Source of the DNA: Mycoplasma sp. CAG:776
Lineage (GTDB): Bacteria; Bacillota_I; Bacilli_A; RF39; UBA660
Assembly (NCBI GenBank): GCA_000438195.1
Contig: FR903053.1
Coordinates: forward strand, 5,757-69,756
Reading direction: 5' to 3'
DNA: 64,000 bases
A program made the translations under genes and the position numbers. The notes below the pieces were generated by a model. The model ran no database searches. It saw only the letters and a program-made list of their open reading frames with translations, and had not been told where the DNA came from. The stretch's first letter is position 1. Every line of letters begins with the position of its first letter. Shown piece after piece: positions 44,644 to 54,050 of this stretch.

Positions 44644-46412
44644 TAATGAAAGGTCAGAAGATTAGTGATCGTTACCAAATTATTAAGTCTATTGGTGAAG
44701 GTGGTATGGCTAATGTTTATCTTGCTTATGATACAATCCTAGATCGAAATGTAGCAGTTAAAGTACTTCGAGGAGATTTATCAAATGATGAAAAGTTTGT
44801 AAGACGTTTTCAAAGAGAAGCTCTAGCTGCTAGTAGTCTTAGTCATCCTAATATTGTAGAAGTTTATGATGTTGGAGAAGATAATGGCGAATATTATATT
44901 GTTATGGAATATATTGAAGGGAAACATTTAAAAAATCTTCTTAAGAAACGTGGCAAGTTAACTTTAAGTGAAGCAGTAGATATTATGCTTCAAATTACAG
45001 ATGGTATGGCTTCTGCTCATGATTCTTATATTATTCACAGAGATATTAAACCACAAAATATTATGATTTTGGAAAATGGTTTAGTTAAAATTACTGATTT
45101 TGGTATTGCTATGGCGATGAATGCAACACAACTTACACAGACTAATTCAGTTATGGGAAGTGTTCATTATCTTCCGCCAGAACAGGCAAGTGGTCAAGGT
45201 TCTACTTTACAAAGTGATATTTACTCAATGGGAATTGTGATGTATGAATTGATTACGGGTGAACTTCCTTTTAAAGGAGATAATGCGGTTGAGATTGCTT
45301 TAAAACATTTAAAAGAACCAATTCCAGATATTCGCGAAAAAGTTTCTAATGTTCCTAATAGTATTGTTAATATTATTAAAAGATCGACAGCTAAAAATCC
45401 AAAAAATAGATATCAAGATGCCAGAGAGATGCATGAAGATTTGCTTACTTGTTTGGATGATACGAGAAGAGATGAAGCAATACTTAGTTTTAAATACCCT
45501 GAGTCAGATACAGATGATGCAAAAATTATGAAAATGGTTAAAGATAATAAAAAAGAAAAAATTGATAAAAAAGAAGAGAAGGCTCAAGATAATGAGGTTA
45601 TTGCAAAGAAAATAACAGGTGATGATTTGAAAAAACAAAATAAATTATTAATTATCCTAGCATTTATATTTACGGGTTTAGTAGTTGGTATTACGGCTTT
45701 AATTGTTTTTATTCCAATGATTACAGGTAGTAAGCAAATTGAAGTTCCTGATGTTACAGACATGACAGTTAGTGATGCCATTGATGTTTTACAAGATAAA
45801 GGATTTGTTGTATCAGATGAACAGAAGGAAGTGGCTTCATCAGAAATTGAGGAAGGAAGAGTTGTTCGTACTAGCCCGGCAGTTGGTTCAAAGAGAAAAG
45901 ATGGAACAGTAGTGACTTTATATGTTTCGATTGGTGATACACAAATAGAAATTGAAGATTACTCGGGAGAAAGTTATTTAGAAATTAAAGGAAAATTGGA
46001 AGCTTTAGGATTATATGTTTTAATTGAGAAAAAAGAAGTAGAAGAAGATGATGATACAAAATATGAAGATGGTGTTATCATCGATCAATCTGTAGAACCA
46101 GGAGAAAAATTATCAGCGGGTTCTAATATTACTTTATATATTCCTGACGTGGTAACAGAATATCCTAATTTTACTGATGGAAGTTATACAGTAGAGCAAG
46201 TAGAAGAATTTGCAGAAACTTATGAGTTAACGGTTGATATTGAATATGTAGAAACAGCAGATTATGAACCAGATACCATTTATTATCAATCAAAACCAGA
46301 AGGATACCGAGTTGTAGCAGGTCAAACGTTTAAAATAAGAGTAGCAAAAGCAGTTCAAGCGGAGACTGGTGGCGAAGGTGAAGAGCCAGGTTGTGAGAAT
46401 GGTTTATGCTAA
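44640..46412 (+). CDS. prkC: Ser/Thr kinase with PASTA repeats
   Basis: GEGGMANVY, HRDIKPQN, DFG, TM helix, then 3 PASTA-like repeats. Confidence 0.9.
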   Translation: MIMKGQKISDRYQIIKSIGEGGMANVYLAYDTILDRNVAVKVLRGDLSNDEKFVRRFQREALAASSLSHPNIVEVYDVGEDNGEYYIVMEYIEGKHLKNLLKKRGKLTLSEAVDIMLQITDGMASAHDSYIIHRDIKPQNIMILENGLVKITDFGIAMAMNATQLTQTNSVMGSVHYLPPEQASGQGSTLQSDIYSMGIVMYELITGELPFKGDNAVEIALKHLKEPIPDIREKVSNVPNSIVNIIKRSTAKNPKNRYQDAREMHEDLLTCLDDTRRDEAILSFKYPESDTDDAKIMKMVKDNKKEKIDKKEEKAQDNEVIAKKITGDDLKKQNKLLIILAFIFTGLVVGITALIVFIPMITGSKQIEVPDVTDMTVSDAIDVLQDKGFVVSDEQKEVASSEIEEGRVVRTSPAVGSKRKDGTVVTLYVSIGDTQIEIEDYSGESYLEIKGKLEALGLYVLIEKKEVEEDDDTKYEDGVIIDQSVEPGEKLSAGSNITLYIPDVVTEYPNFTDGSYTVEQVEEFAETYELTVDIEYVETADYEPDTIYYQSKPEGYRVVAGQTFKIRVAKAVQAETGGEGEEPGCENGLC

Positions 46413-47233
46413 AAGGAATGATTGTTAAAAATATTAGTGATACTTACACAGTAAAAGTAGATTCTAAGCTATATGATTGTAAAGCAAGGGGTAAGTTCCG
46501 GAATAATGGTCTTACTCCTCTTGTTGGTGATTGGGTAGAATTTGATGAAGTAAATTGTTATATTTTAGATATAGAAAAAAGGAAGAATTCTTTATTACGA
46601 CCTAGTATTAGTAATGTAGATATAGCTTTAATTATTACTAGTGTAAAAAGTCCAGACTTATCACTTTATTTATTAGATAAACAAATTTGTAATATTAGTT
46701 TGATGGGAATTGAACCGGTTATTTGTTTTACAAAACTTGATTTACTAAGTGAAGATGAAAAAAAAGAATTAGTAGGTATTAAAAGTTATTATGAAAGTAT
46801 TGGATATCAAATATTTACTAATGAAAGATTAGATTTACTAAAAGAATATTTAAAGGGGAAAATAGTTGTTTTAACAGGTCAAACTGGAGCTGGGAAATCT
46901 AGTTTATTAAATGCTTTGGATGGTTCTTTGAAACTCAAAGTTGGTGAGATTAGTAAAGCTTTAGGGCGTGGGAAACATACAACACGTCATACAGAGTTTT
47001 TTATGGTTGATGAGATATTGATTGCTGATACTCCGGGGTTTTCAGCATTAGATTTAAGTTCTTTTTCTCGGGAAGAAATTAGAGATTCTTTTGTGGAGTT
47101 TAGGCAAGAGACATGTGAATTTAGAGATTGTATGCATATTAAAGAACAAAATTGTGAAGTGAAAAAGAGAGTTAAAGAGGGCAAAATTAAACAATCTAGA
47201 TATGATAATTATTGCCTTTTTGTTGCAAAGTAG
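46406..47233 (+). CDS. rsgA: Ribosome small-subunit-dependent GTPase A
   Basis: Circularly permuted GTPase: TKLD, GQTGAGKSSLLNAL, DTPGF, zinc knuckle CEFRDCMH...C. Confidence 0.9.
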   Translation: MLKGMIVKNISDTYTVKVDSKLYDCKARGKFRNNGLTPLVGDWVEFDEVNCYILDIEKRKNSLLRPSISNVDIALIITSVKSPDLSLYLLDKQICNISLMGIEPVICFTKLDLLSEDEKKELVGIKSYYESIGYQIFTNERLDLLKEYLKGKIVVLTGQTGAGKSSLLNALDGSLKLKVGEISKALGRGKHTTRHTEFFMVDEILIADTPGFSALDLSSFSREEIRDSFVEFRQETCEFRDCMHIKEQNCEVKKRVKEGKIKQSRYDNYCLFVAK

Positions 47234-47238
47234 GTGGA

Positions 47239-47877
47239 ATGATGAAAATATCAGTTTCTTATTTAAGTAGTAAGTTTAGTAAAAAAGAAACTTTGGAAAA
47301 AATTGAAGAGACTAGTGCAGATTATATTCATGTGGATTTAATGGATGGAGGCTTGGTTCCTAATAGGAATTTTAGTATGAGTGAAGTTTTCAATGAATTG
47401 AAGAATCATCAAAAACCGTTAGATGTACATTTAATGGTTTTTGATCCAATTCTTTATGTTCAAGATTTAGCAAAACTTCATCCAGAATATATTACTTTTC
47501 ATATAGAAGCAACTAAAGATGTGATAGAAACTATTGAGAAAATAAAAAAGCAGAATATAAAAGTAGGATTGTCTATTAAACCAAATACTGATTTATATGA
47601 ATTGATGCCCTATTTATCTTTAATTGATTTAGTCTTGATTATGAGTGTAGAGCCTGGAAGGGGAGGACAAGATTTTATTTTGTCTTCTGTTAATCGTTTA
47701 GAGGAACTTTTAAAAATTCGTGAAGAAAATCATTTATCATTTTTAATTGAAATGGATGGTGGAATTAATTCAAATACTATTCGATTAGTTCCAAAGTTAG
47801 ATATAGCAGTTAGTGGTTCTTTTGTCTGTATGAGTGATGATTTTCAGTTGAGAATTGAAGAGTTGTTAAAAAAATAA
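47239..47877 (+). CDS. rpe: Ribulose-phosphate 3-epimerase
   Basis: HVDLMDG, DVHLM, MSVEPG.GGQ, DGGIN. Confidence 0.85.
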   Translation: MMKISVSYLSSKFSKKETLEKIEETSADYIHVDLMDGGLVPNRNFSMSEVFNELKNHQKPLDVHLMVFDPILYVQDLAKLHPEYITFHIEATKDVIETIEKIKKQNIKVGLSIKPNTDLYELMPYLSLIDLVLIMSVEPGRGGQDFILSSVNRLEELLKIREENHLSFLIEMDGGINSNTIRLVPKLDIAVSGSFVCMSDDFQLRIEELLKK

Positions 47878-48015
47878 TTGATTGTGTAAGTAAATGTTTG
47901 TTTTACTATTATTAGAAACGTTGAATAGTTGAATGTTATCTAGTTGGTGAAAGTAAGAAAGATTTTTATTTTATGAAGTTGCAAATTAAAATGCAGGCTA
48001 TAAGAACACTATTGC

Positions 48016-48043
48016 TTGACAATGTTCTTATTTATGTTATAAT
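48016..48043 (+). promoter_or_regulatory. Near-consensus sigma-A promoter with an extended -10
   Basis: TTGACA - 16 nt - TGT-TATAAT; the -35 is bracketed by the 8-bp inverted repeat TAAGAACA/TGTTCTTA. Confidence 0.65.
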
Positions 48044-48049
48044 GAAAAT

Positions 48050-48153
48050 GTATTACATAAAGTTATATCCTGCCTATATAGCTCGTTTCTTTATATATGG
48101 GCGGGAATGTTTCAAATTTCATTAGTGGGATCCTTTAAATTCCCACATTTTTT
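48050..48153 (+). ncRNA. Candidate ~100-nt small RNA of unknown family
   Basis: Promoter just upstream. 13-bp GC-containing hairpin TCCTGCCTATATA/TATATGGGCGGGA (48068-48106). Terminator GTGGGA-10 nt-TCCCAC plus T6 (48125-48153). Confidence 0.4.
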
Positions 48154-48180
48154 GACTTTAAAAATTTTTTGTGTTAGAAT
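48152..48180 (+). promoter_or_regulatory. Promoter candidate for the 48207 gene
   Basis: TTGACT - 17 nt (ending in TGT) - TAGAAT; the -35 overlaps the preceding T-run. Confidence 0.55.
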
Positions 48181-48206
48181 AGTGGCTATTAAATAGGAGG
48201 AATATT

Positions 48207-48659
48207 ATGTATTATGATCAATTACTTGCTTTGTATAAAAATTTAAGAGATCTTTATGTTCATGTTTTAAGGCAAGAAAATATGGAATTAGAAGCTAGAA
48301 GAATTAAATTGTTGGAAATAAAAATAAGAATGCAAGAAGTTCAGAAAAAATTAAAGAATGCCAAAGGATGGCGTTATCCTAGTGCTTTGTCGTATCAAAA
48401 AGCAAGAGAGTTTAAGAAGACAATAAAAAATGAATTTTTATTACAAGCAAAAGATGGATATTCTATTTCTAACATCGTTGATTTTATGGAAGAGAATTAT
48501 TTAAATCCAGGTGTTAATTTAGAAAAATATATTGAAGGTTTAAGGGAAAAGGGATACTTTTATTATCAAGATCTTGAAGACCAAGATAGTTCTTTAATAA
48601 TTACAGATAAATCTCAAAGATATTTAGAAAATGAAGCTAATGTAAGTTTGAAAAAATAA
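48207..48659 (+). CDS. Hypothetical protein
   Basis: AGGAGG RBS, own promoter and terminator; no recognisable motifs. Confidence 0.5.
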   Translation: MYYDQLLALYKNLRDLYVHVLRQENMELEARRIKLLEIKIRMQEVQKKLKNAKGWRYPSALSYQKAREFKKTIKNEFLLQAKDGYSISNIVDFMEENYLNPGVNLEKYIEGLREKGYFYYQDLEDQDSSLIITDKSQRYLENEANVSLKK

Positions 48660-48672
48660 CTTACATTTTTTT
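48640..48672 (+). terminator. Rho-independent terminator
   Basis: ATGTAAGTT/AACTTACAT 9-bp stem enclosing the stop codon, followed by T6. Confidence 0.75.
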
Positions 48673-48729
48673 CTTTCCAAATTAAATACTCAATGGTATA
48701 ATATTTTTTGTAGTAGAAAGGCAGTAAAA

Positions 48730-51261
48730 ATGAAGAGAGATGAAGTAAATAGGGCAGAATTAAGTCCAATGATGAAACAATATATGGAGATAAAGGATAG
48801 TTATCCAGAAGAATTGCTTTTTTTTCGTTTAGGAGATTTTTATGAACTATTCTTTGAAGATGGGATTATTGCTTCAAGAGAATTGGAGCTTACTTTAACA
48901 GGGAAGAATGCTGGTTTGAAAGAAAGAATTCCAATGTGTGGTGTTCCTTTTCATAGTGTATCACCCTATATAGAAAAATTAATAGAAAAAGGTTATAAAG
49001 TTGCAATATGTGAGCAATTGGAAGATCCAAAGGCTGTAAAAGGAACAGTTAAAAGAGGGGTAGTAGAAGTAATTTCTAAGGGAAGTGTAGTTAATTTAGA
49101 GAGTTTAAATGAACATGATAATAATTATATTGGCAGTTTAATTGATTTAAATTATCTTTACTTGCTTACTTATGCCGATATCTCAACAGGAGAATTAAAG
49201 AGTCTTAGTATATCTCATCATAAAGAAGAATTAATTAATGAAATACTCCATTTGAATATGAAAGAGGTCATTTTAGAAAATAATAGTGATGCAGAGTTTA
49301 TTCATTTGCTTACAAACACTTATGGAATACAAGTATCAATTAGTAGTGAGTATTTAACAGAAGGGTATGAATCTTTAATTAATTCGGTAGAAGATGTAAG
49401 GATTAAACAGGGAATCCGCCATTTACTCTATTATTTAGTAGTTAGAGAATTAAAAGATTTACATCATATTTCTAGTGTAGAAATCGTTAATAAAAATCAT
49501 TTTTTAGAAATGGATGTTCATACAGTACGTAACTTAGAATTAGTGGAAACGTTGCGTTTAAAAGAGAGAACGTATTCTCTTTTGTGGCTTCTTGATAAAA
49601 CTAAAACTGCGATGGGTTCGAGAAAAATTAAAGCTTGGCTTACTAATCCTTTAAGAGAAAAGAAAGATATATTAGAACGTTATCAAAAAATAGAGATTTT
49701 TAATAATCAATTTATGCAAAAAGATGAATTAAGAGATTTACTTTTTCAAGTGTATGATTTGGAACGTTTGTGTGCTAAAGTTATTTGTGGAAATCTAAAT
49801 GCTAGAGATTTACTTCAAATAAAAAATTCTTTAAGTGTGTTACCTAGAGTTAAGGATCTTATTTGCGAATTAAAATTAGATTATACTTTAAATACGCATG
49901 ATGAGTTATATGAATTATTAGAGAATAGTATATATGAAAATCCACCTATTAGTATTAAAGAAGGATTTTTAATCAAAGATGGTTACAATCATGAATTAGA
50001 TGAACTTAAAAGTATTCGCTCTGGTGGTAAAGATTTTATTGCTGAATTTGAAGCAAAATTAAAAGAATCTACGGGTATTAAAAATTTAAAAGTTGGCTTT
50101 AATCGTGTATTTGGGTATTATATTGAGGTTTCAAAGGGACAAGTAGAGAATGTTAGTGCATCTTGGGGATGGGAGAGACGACAAACTCTAACGAATTATG
50201 AAAGATATATTTCACCAGAGTTAAAGGAAAAAGAAGCTTTAATTTTAAATGCTGAAGAAAAGATTTTTGAATTAGAATATGAGTTATTTAATGAAATACG
50301 GAATCGAGTAAAAGATGAAATATTAGAAATTAAAAAGACTGCTGATGTAATTAGTGAGATAGATGCTTTAATTTCTCTATCTGTTTGTAGTGAAGAATAT
50401 AATTTAGTAAAACCAGAATTAAATGAAGAAGGAAAAATAGAAATTATAGAGGGTAGACATCCAGTAATTGAAAAAGTTAGCAAAGAAGCATATGTTCCTA
50501 ATGATATTTTAATGGATACATCAATAGATGTTTTATTAATTACAGGGCCTAATATGAGTGGTAAATCCACTTATATGAGAGAGTTGGCAATCATTGTTAT
50601 TATGGCTCAAATGGGTTCTTTTGTTCCCGCTAAGTCTGCTAGTTTACCTATTATTGATAAGATATTTACAAGAATTGGGGCTAGTGATGATTTAGTAAGT
50701 GGGGAATCTACTTTTATGGTAGAAATGAAAGAAGCTCAAAATGCTTTAGTACATGCAACAAGAAATAGTCTTATTTTGTTTGATGAATTAGGTAGAGGAA
50801 CAGCTACTTATGATGGAATGAGTTTGGCACAAGCTATTTTAGAGTATGTTGCCAAAAATATTAAATGTAAAACTTTATTTTCTACGCATTATCATGAACT
50901 TACTAGTTTAGATCAAGAATTTTTAAATGTTAAAAATGTTCATGTGGCAGCTAAAGAAGAAGGAAATATGATTACTTTCTTACATAAAGTTCAAGATGGA
51001 CCTGCTGATAAGAGTTATGGTATTCATGTTGCTAGACTTGCTCGTATGCCGGAGGATTTACTTATGCGAGCTCAAACTATTTTGGATGGTTATGAAAAGG
51101 GAGAAAAGAAGATTTATCAAGAAGAAAATAAACAATTATCGATGGTTTTTGAGGAACCAAAAGCCGATTTGTTAAGAGAAAGAATGAAAGAAATAGATCC
51201 TTTGCATATTACGCCAATGGAAGCAATGAACTTACTATTTGAGTTAAAAGAATTAGAATAG
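48730..51261 (+). CDS. mutS: DNA mismatch repair protein MutS
   Basis: LGDFYELF mismatch-binding motif, Walker A GPNMSGKST, DELGRGT, STHYHEL. Confidence 0.95.
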   Translation: MKRDEVNRAELSPMMKQYMEIKDSYPEELLFFRLGDFYELFFEDGIIASRELELTLTGKNAGLKERIPMCGVPFHSVSPYIEKLIEKGYKVAICEQLEDPKAVKGTVKRGVVEVISKGSVVNLESLNEHDNNYIGSLIDLNYLYLLTYADISTGELKSLSISHHKEELINEILHLNMKEVILENNSDAEFIHLLTNTYGIQVSISSEYLTEGYESLINSVEDVRIKQGIRHLLYYLVVRELKDLHHISSVEIVNKNHFLEMDVHTVRNLELVETLRLKERTYSLLWLLDKTKTAMGSRKIKAWLTNPLREKKDILERYQKIEIFNNQFMQKDELRDLLFQVYDLERLCAKVICGNLNARDLLQIKNSLSVLPRVKDLICELKLDYTLNTHDELYELLENSIYENPPISIKEGFLIKDGYNHELDELKSIRSGGKDFIAEFEAKLKESTGIKNLKVGFNRVFGYYIEVSKGQVENVSASWGWERRQTLTNYERYISPELKEKEALILNAEEKIFELEYELFNEIRNRVKDEILEIKKTADVISEIDALISLSVCSEEYNLVKPELNEEGKIEIIEGRHPVIEKVSKEAYVPNDILMDTSIDVLLITGPNMSGKSTYMRELAIIVIMAQMGSFVPAKSASLPIIDKIFTRIGASDDLVSGESTFMVEMKEAQNALVHATRNSLILFDELGRGTATYDGMSLAQAILEYVAKNIKCKTLFSTHYHELTSLDQEFLNVKNVHVAAKEEGNMITFLHKVQDGPADKSYGIHVARLARMPEDLLMRAQTILDGYEKGEKKIYQEENKQLSMVFEEPKADLLRERMKEIDPLHITPMEAMNLLFELKELE

Positions 51262-51267
51262 TTTTTG

Positions 51268-51291
51268 AGCATATTTTTTCATATGCTTTTT
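51268..51291 (+). terminator. Rho-independent terminator
   Basis: AGCATAT-6 nt-ATATGCT followed by TTTT. Confidence 0.65.
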
Positions 51292-51343
51292 CTTTGCCTT
51301 GAAAACTTAGAGAAAGTATAATATAATTAGAAAGGTGATTTAC

Positions 51344-51736
51344 ATGGCAACACGTAGTGAGTTGAGAGAAAAAATAATGATTATCTTATATCAATATGAT
51401 TTAATGAAAAGTAATGATTTAGATTGTGATATAGAAGAAATTATGCAGGATAATATGGATGTAGAAAATGATTTTGTTAAAGATATGGTATATGGAGTAA
51501 TTACTTATCAAGAAGAGCTAGACAAAATAGCAGATAATAAAATGAAAGATTGGAATATTAAAAGAATTGATAAAACAGGAGCTGCTATTCTTCGTTTAGC
51601 TTTGTATGAGCTTCGTTATACTGATACACCTTCTGTGGTAGTTATTAATGAAGCAGTAGAGCTTGCTAAAAAATATAGTGATGATGCAGTAAGAAAAATT
51701 ATTAATGCAGTTTTAGATCAGATTATTAAGGAATAG
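51344..51736 (+). CDS. nusB: Transcription antitermination factor NusB
   Basis: R.LR...M..LYQ..., AILRLALYEL, INEAVELAKKY. Confidence 0.9.
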   Translation: MATRSELREKIMIILYQYDLMKSNDLDCDIEEIMQDNMDVENDFVKDMVYGVITYQEELDKIADNKMKDWNIKRIDKTGAAILRLALYELRYTDTPSVVVINEAVELAKKYSDDAVRKIINAVLDQIIKE

Positions 51737-51737
51737 T

Positions 51738-52481
51738 ATGTTAAAGTTGTTAGAAGAAGATCAAAATGTGATTCGACATTTGGGATATCCTAAAATTGTA
51801 AAATTAAGTATTGGTTCATTTATGATTAAAATGGTTACTGCTAAAACTGGCTTTTTAGAGGTAATTGGTCCCTATTTAGGAAGACAAATGGGACTTGAAG
51901 TACCAGTTAATCATCTCGTTTTAATAGATCAAGATTATTATATTTTAAGTGAAGATTTAAATCAAAAAGGAAATTTTCTTTCTGCTTCTCAGATGTTTCA
52001 TATGGATGAAGACAGTATTTCTTTATTAAATATTCTAAATTTATTGAAGAAAAATAATATGGAAAGTAATGAAATTAATGTGATAAAAATGTATTTATTT
52101 GATATATTTTTTCATAATCTAGATAGAAGACTTGATAATTGGGGATTTCTTGATCATCATATTGTTATGTTTGATTATGATTGTATGTTTGGTGATGATA
52201 TTGAAAAAAGTGGTTTATATTTTAAAAATTGTTTATCTATGGAAAAGGATTTAGAATTATTTTTAAAAGAAGCAGAAGAAAAATATATTTTATTATTTGA
52301 ATATTATTATACTTTATTTGCTCCAGAACAATTTAATCAAATAATAAAGCATATGGCTAGTCAACTGGGAATAGATTTTTTAGTTCAAGAAGAAATTATT
52401 AATTTGTATTTGCAACATTATCAAAAAATAAGAAATATTTATGAAATTTTCACTAGAAAAGGAGAAAAATATGCAAGATAA
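51738..52481 (+). CDS. Hypothetical protein with a HipA_C / PI3-4-kinase-like catalytic-loop motif
   Basis: FHNLDRRLDNWGF (compare DRHxxN / DxHxxN) followed by VMFDYD. Confidence 0.35.
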   Translation: MLKLLEEDQNVIRHLGYPKIVKLSIGSFMIKMVTAKTGFLEVIGPYLGRQMGLEVPVNHLVLIDQDYYILSEDLNQKGNFLSASQMFHMDEDSISLLNILNLLKKNNMESNEINVIKMYLFDIFFHNLDRRLDNWGFLDHHIVMFDYDCMFGDDIEKSGLYFKNCLSMEKDLELFLKEAEEKYILLFEYYYTLFAPEQFNQIIKHMASQLGIDFLVQEEIINLYLQHYQKIRNIYEIFTRKGEKYAR

Positions 52482-53808
52482 ATATATTAAAATAAGTGAT
52501 TTGAATAATTATATAAAAAGTATATTTGATGAAAATCCTTATTTGAAAAAAGTTTATTTGCGGGGGGAAATATCTAATTTTAAAAATCATACGAGAGGAC
52601 ATCTTTATTTTACTTTAAAAGATGATATTTCAAGAATTAGTGCTGTTATGTTTTATTCGAGTGCTATTACTTTAAATTTTAAACCAGAAGATGGAATGAA
52701 TGTTTTAGTTGAAGGTAGGATTTCTTGTTATCCAACAGCAGGTACTTATCAAATTTATGTTGATAAGATGGAAGTGGATGGTCTTGGAGCTTTATATATT
52801 GAATTTGAAAAGTTAAAAGAAAAATTGTCAAAGGAAGGTTTATTTTCTGATATTCATAAAAAGCCAATACCTAGAATACCTAAAAGAATAGGTATTATTA
52901 CTGCTCCAACGGGTGCGGCAATTAAAGATATTTTATCAACAATTGGTAGAAGATTTCCCATATGTGAAACTATTTTATTTCCGGCTTTAGTCCAAGGTCG
53001 AGATGCTGCTCCAGATATCGTTAGACAGATTAAAGAAGCGGATAGTGGAAAATACGATTTAGATGTTTTAATTGTTGGACGTGGGGGCGGCTCAATTGAA
53101 GACTTGTGGGCTTTTAATGAAGAGATGGTTGCAAGAGCTATATTTGATGCGAAAACACCAATTATAAGTGCTGTTGGTCATGAAATTGATTTTACGATTG
53201 CTGATTTTGTAGCAGATCTTCGTGCTCCAACACCTACAGGTGCAGCTGAAATGGCTGTTCCAACCGTCTTGGAAATGAACCAAATGTTAGATTCTTATAA
53301 AATTCGTTTGAATGAATTTATGGGAAATATGATTCATAAAAGTCGGTTGAGATTAGATAGTGTTAGAAATTCTTATATTTTGAAGAATCCACTTTCATTA
53401 TATGAGATAAAAGAGCAAAAATTAGATAATATGATTGATGTTTTAAATAATTTTATGATAAAAAGATTAGAAAATTATCAGTTACAATTAAATCATGTTA
53501 AAAGTTCTTATATTTTAAAAGAACCTATGAAGTTATTTGCGAGTCAAGAAGAAAAAGTTTTGTTTTATGAAAAAAGTTTATATAGTAATATAAGAAATAT
53601 TATTTTGAAAAGCGATCATCGGTATAAAATGCTTGTCAATACTTTAAAATTAGTGAATCCTTTGGGAATTTTGGAAAAAGGCTATTCTTTGGTAAAAAAA
53701 GAGGATGAAATTATAAGGAGTAGTGAACAATTAAAAGTAAATGATAAAATTAAACTTCGTTTTCATAAAGGAAATGTAGAAGCAATTGTAGAAAGTATTG
53801 AAAATTAA
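52471..53808 (+). CDS. xseA: Exodeoxyribonuclease VII large subunit
   Basis: N-terminal OB fold (GEISNFK.H..GH.YFTLKD), GIITAPTGAAIKD, VGRGGGSIEDLW. Confidence 0.9.
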   Translation: MQDKYIKISDLNNYIKSIFDENPYLKKVYLRGEISNFKNHTRGHLYFTLKDDISRISAVMFYSSAITLNFKPEDGMNVLVEGRISCYPTAGTYQIYVDKMEVDGLGALYIEFEKLKEKLSKEGLFSDIHKKPIPRIPKRIGIITAPTGAAIKDILSTIGRRFPICETILFPALVQGRDAAPDIVRQIKEADSGKYDLDVLIVGRGGGSIEDLWAFNEEMVARAIFDAKTPIISAVGHEIDFTIADFVADLRAPTPTGAAEMAVPTVLEMNQMLDSYKIRLNEFMGNMIHKSRLRLDSVRNSYILKNPLSLYEIKEQKLDNMIDVLNNFMIKRLENYQLQLNHVKSSYILKEPMKLFASQEEKVLFYEKSLYSNIRNIILKSDHRYKMLVNTLKLVNPLGILEKGYSLVKKEDEIIRSSEQLKVNDKIKLRFHKGNVEAIVESIEN

Positions 53809-53833
53809 TTAAATGATATAGGAGGAAGATAAA

Positions 53834-54049
53834 ATGGAAAAATCATTTGAAGATGCATTAAAAGAATTAGAGGTTATTGTAAAAGAATTAGAATTAGGTA
53901 ATGTAGAACTAGATGGAGCAATTGATAAGTATACGGAAGCGATGAAACTTGCGAAATATTGTAGTGAAAAACTTAATAGTGCTACTGAAAGAGTTAATAA
54001 AATTTTGAATGAAAATAAAGAATTAGTCCAATTTAAAGTGGAGGAGTAG
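53834..54049 (+). CDS. xseB: Exodeoxyribonuclease VII small subunit
   Basis: FEDALKELEVIVKELE...L signature; 71 aa. Confidence 0.9.
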   Translation: MEKSFEDALKELEVIVKELELGNVELDGAIDKYTEAMKLAKYCSEKLNSATERVNKILNENKELVQFKVEE

Positions 54050-54050
54050 T

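Noticed and set aside
47973-48125. 50-codon ORF (MKLQIKMQAIRTLLLDNVLIYVIMKMYYIKLYPAYIARFFIYGRECFKFH) that could be a small hydrophobic or toxin-like peptide
   Set aside because: It has no convincing RBS. A near-consensus promoter lies inside it, so most of it would not be on the transcript's 5' side. The GC-rich hairpin and terminator fit an RNA better. It is kept as the alternative hypothesis in the small-RNA finding.
50196-50570. 124-aa minus-strand ORF inside mutS (similar cases at 37342-37638, 34224-34523, 45584-45781, 46987-47184 and 55230-55466)
   Set aside because: All lie antisense to strongly supported genes and have Ser/Ile/Leu/Phe-rich composition with no RBS. I treat them as artefacts.
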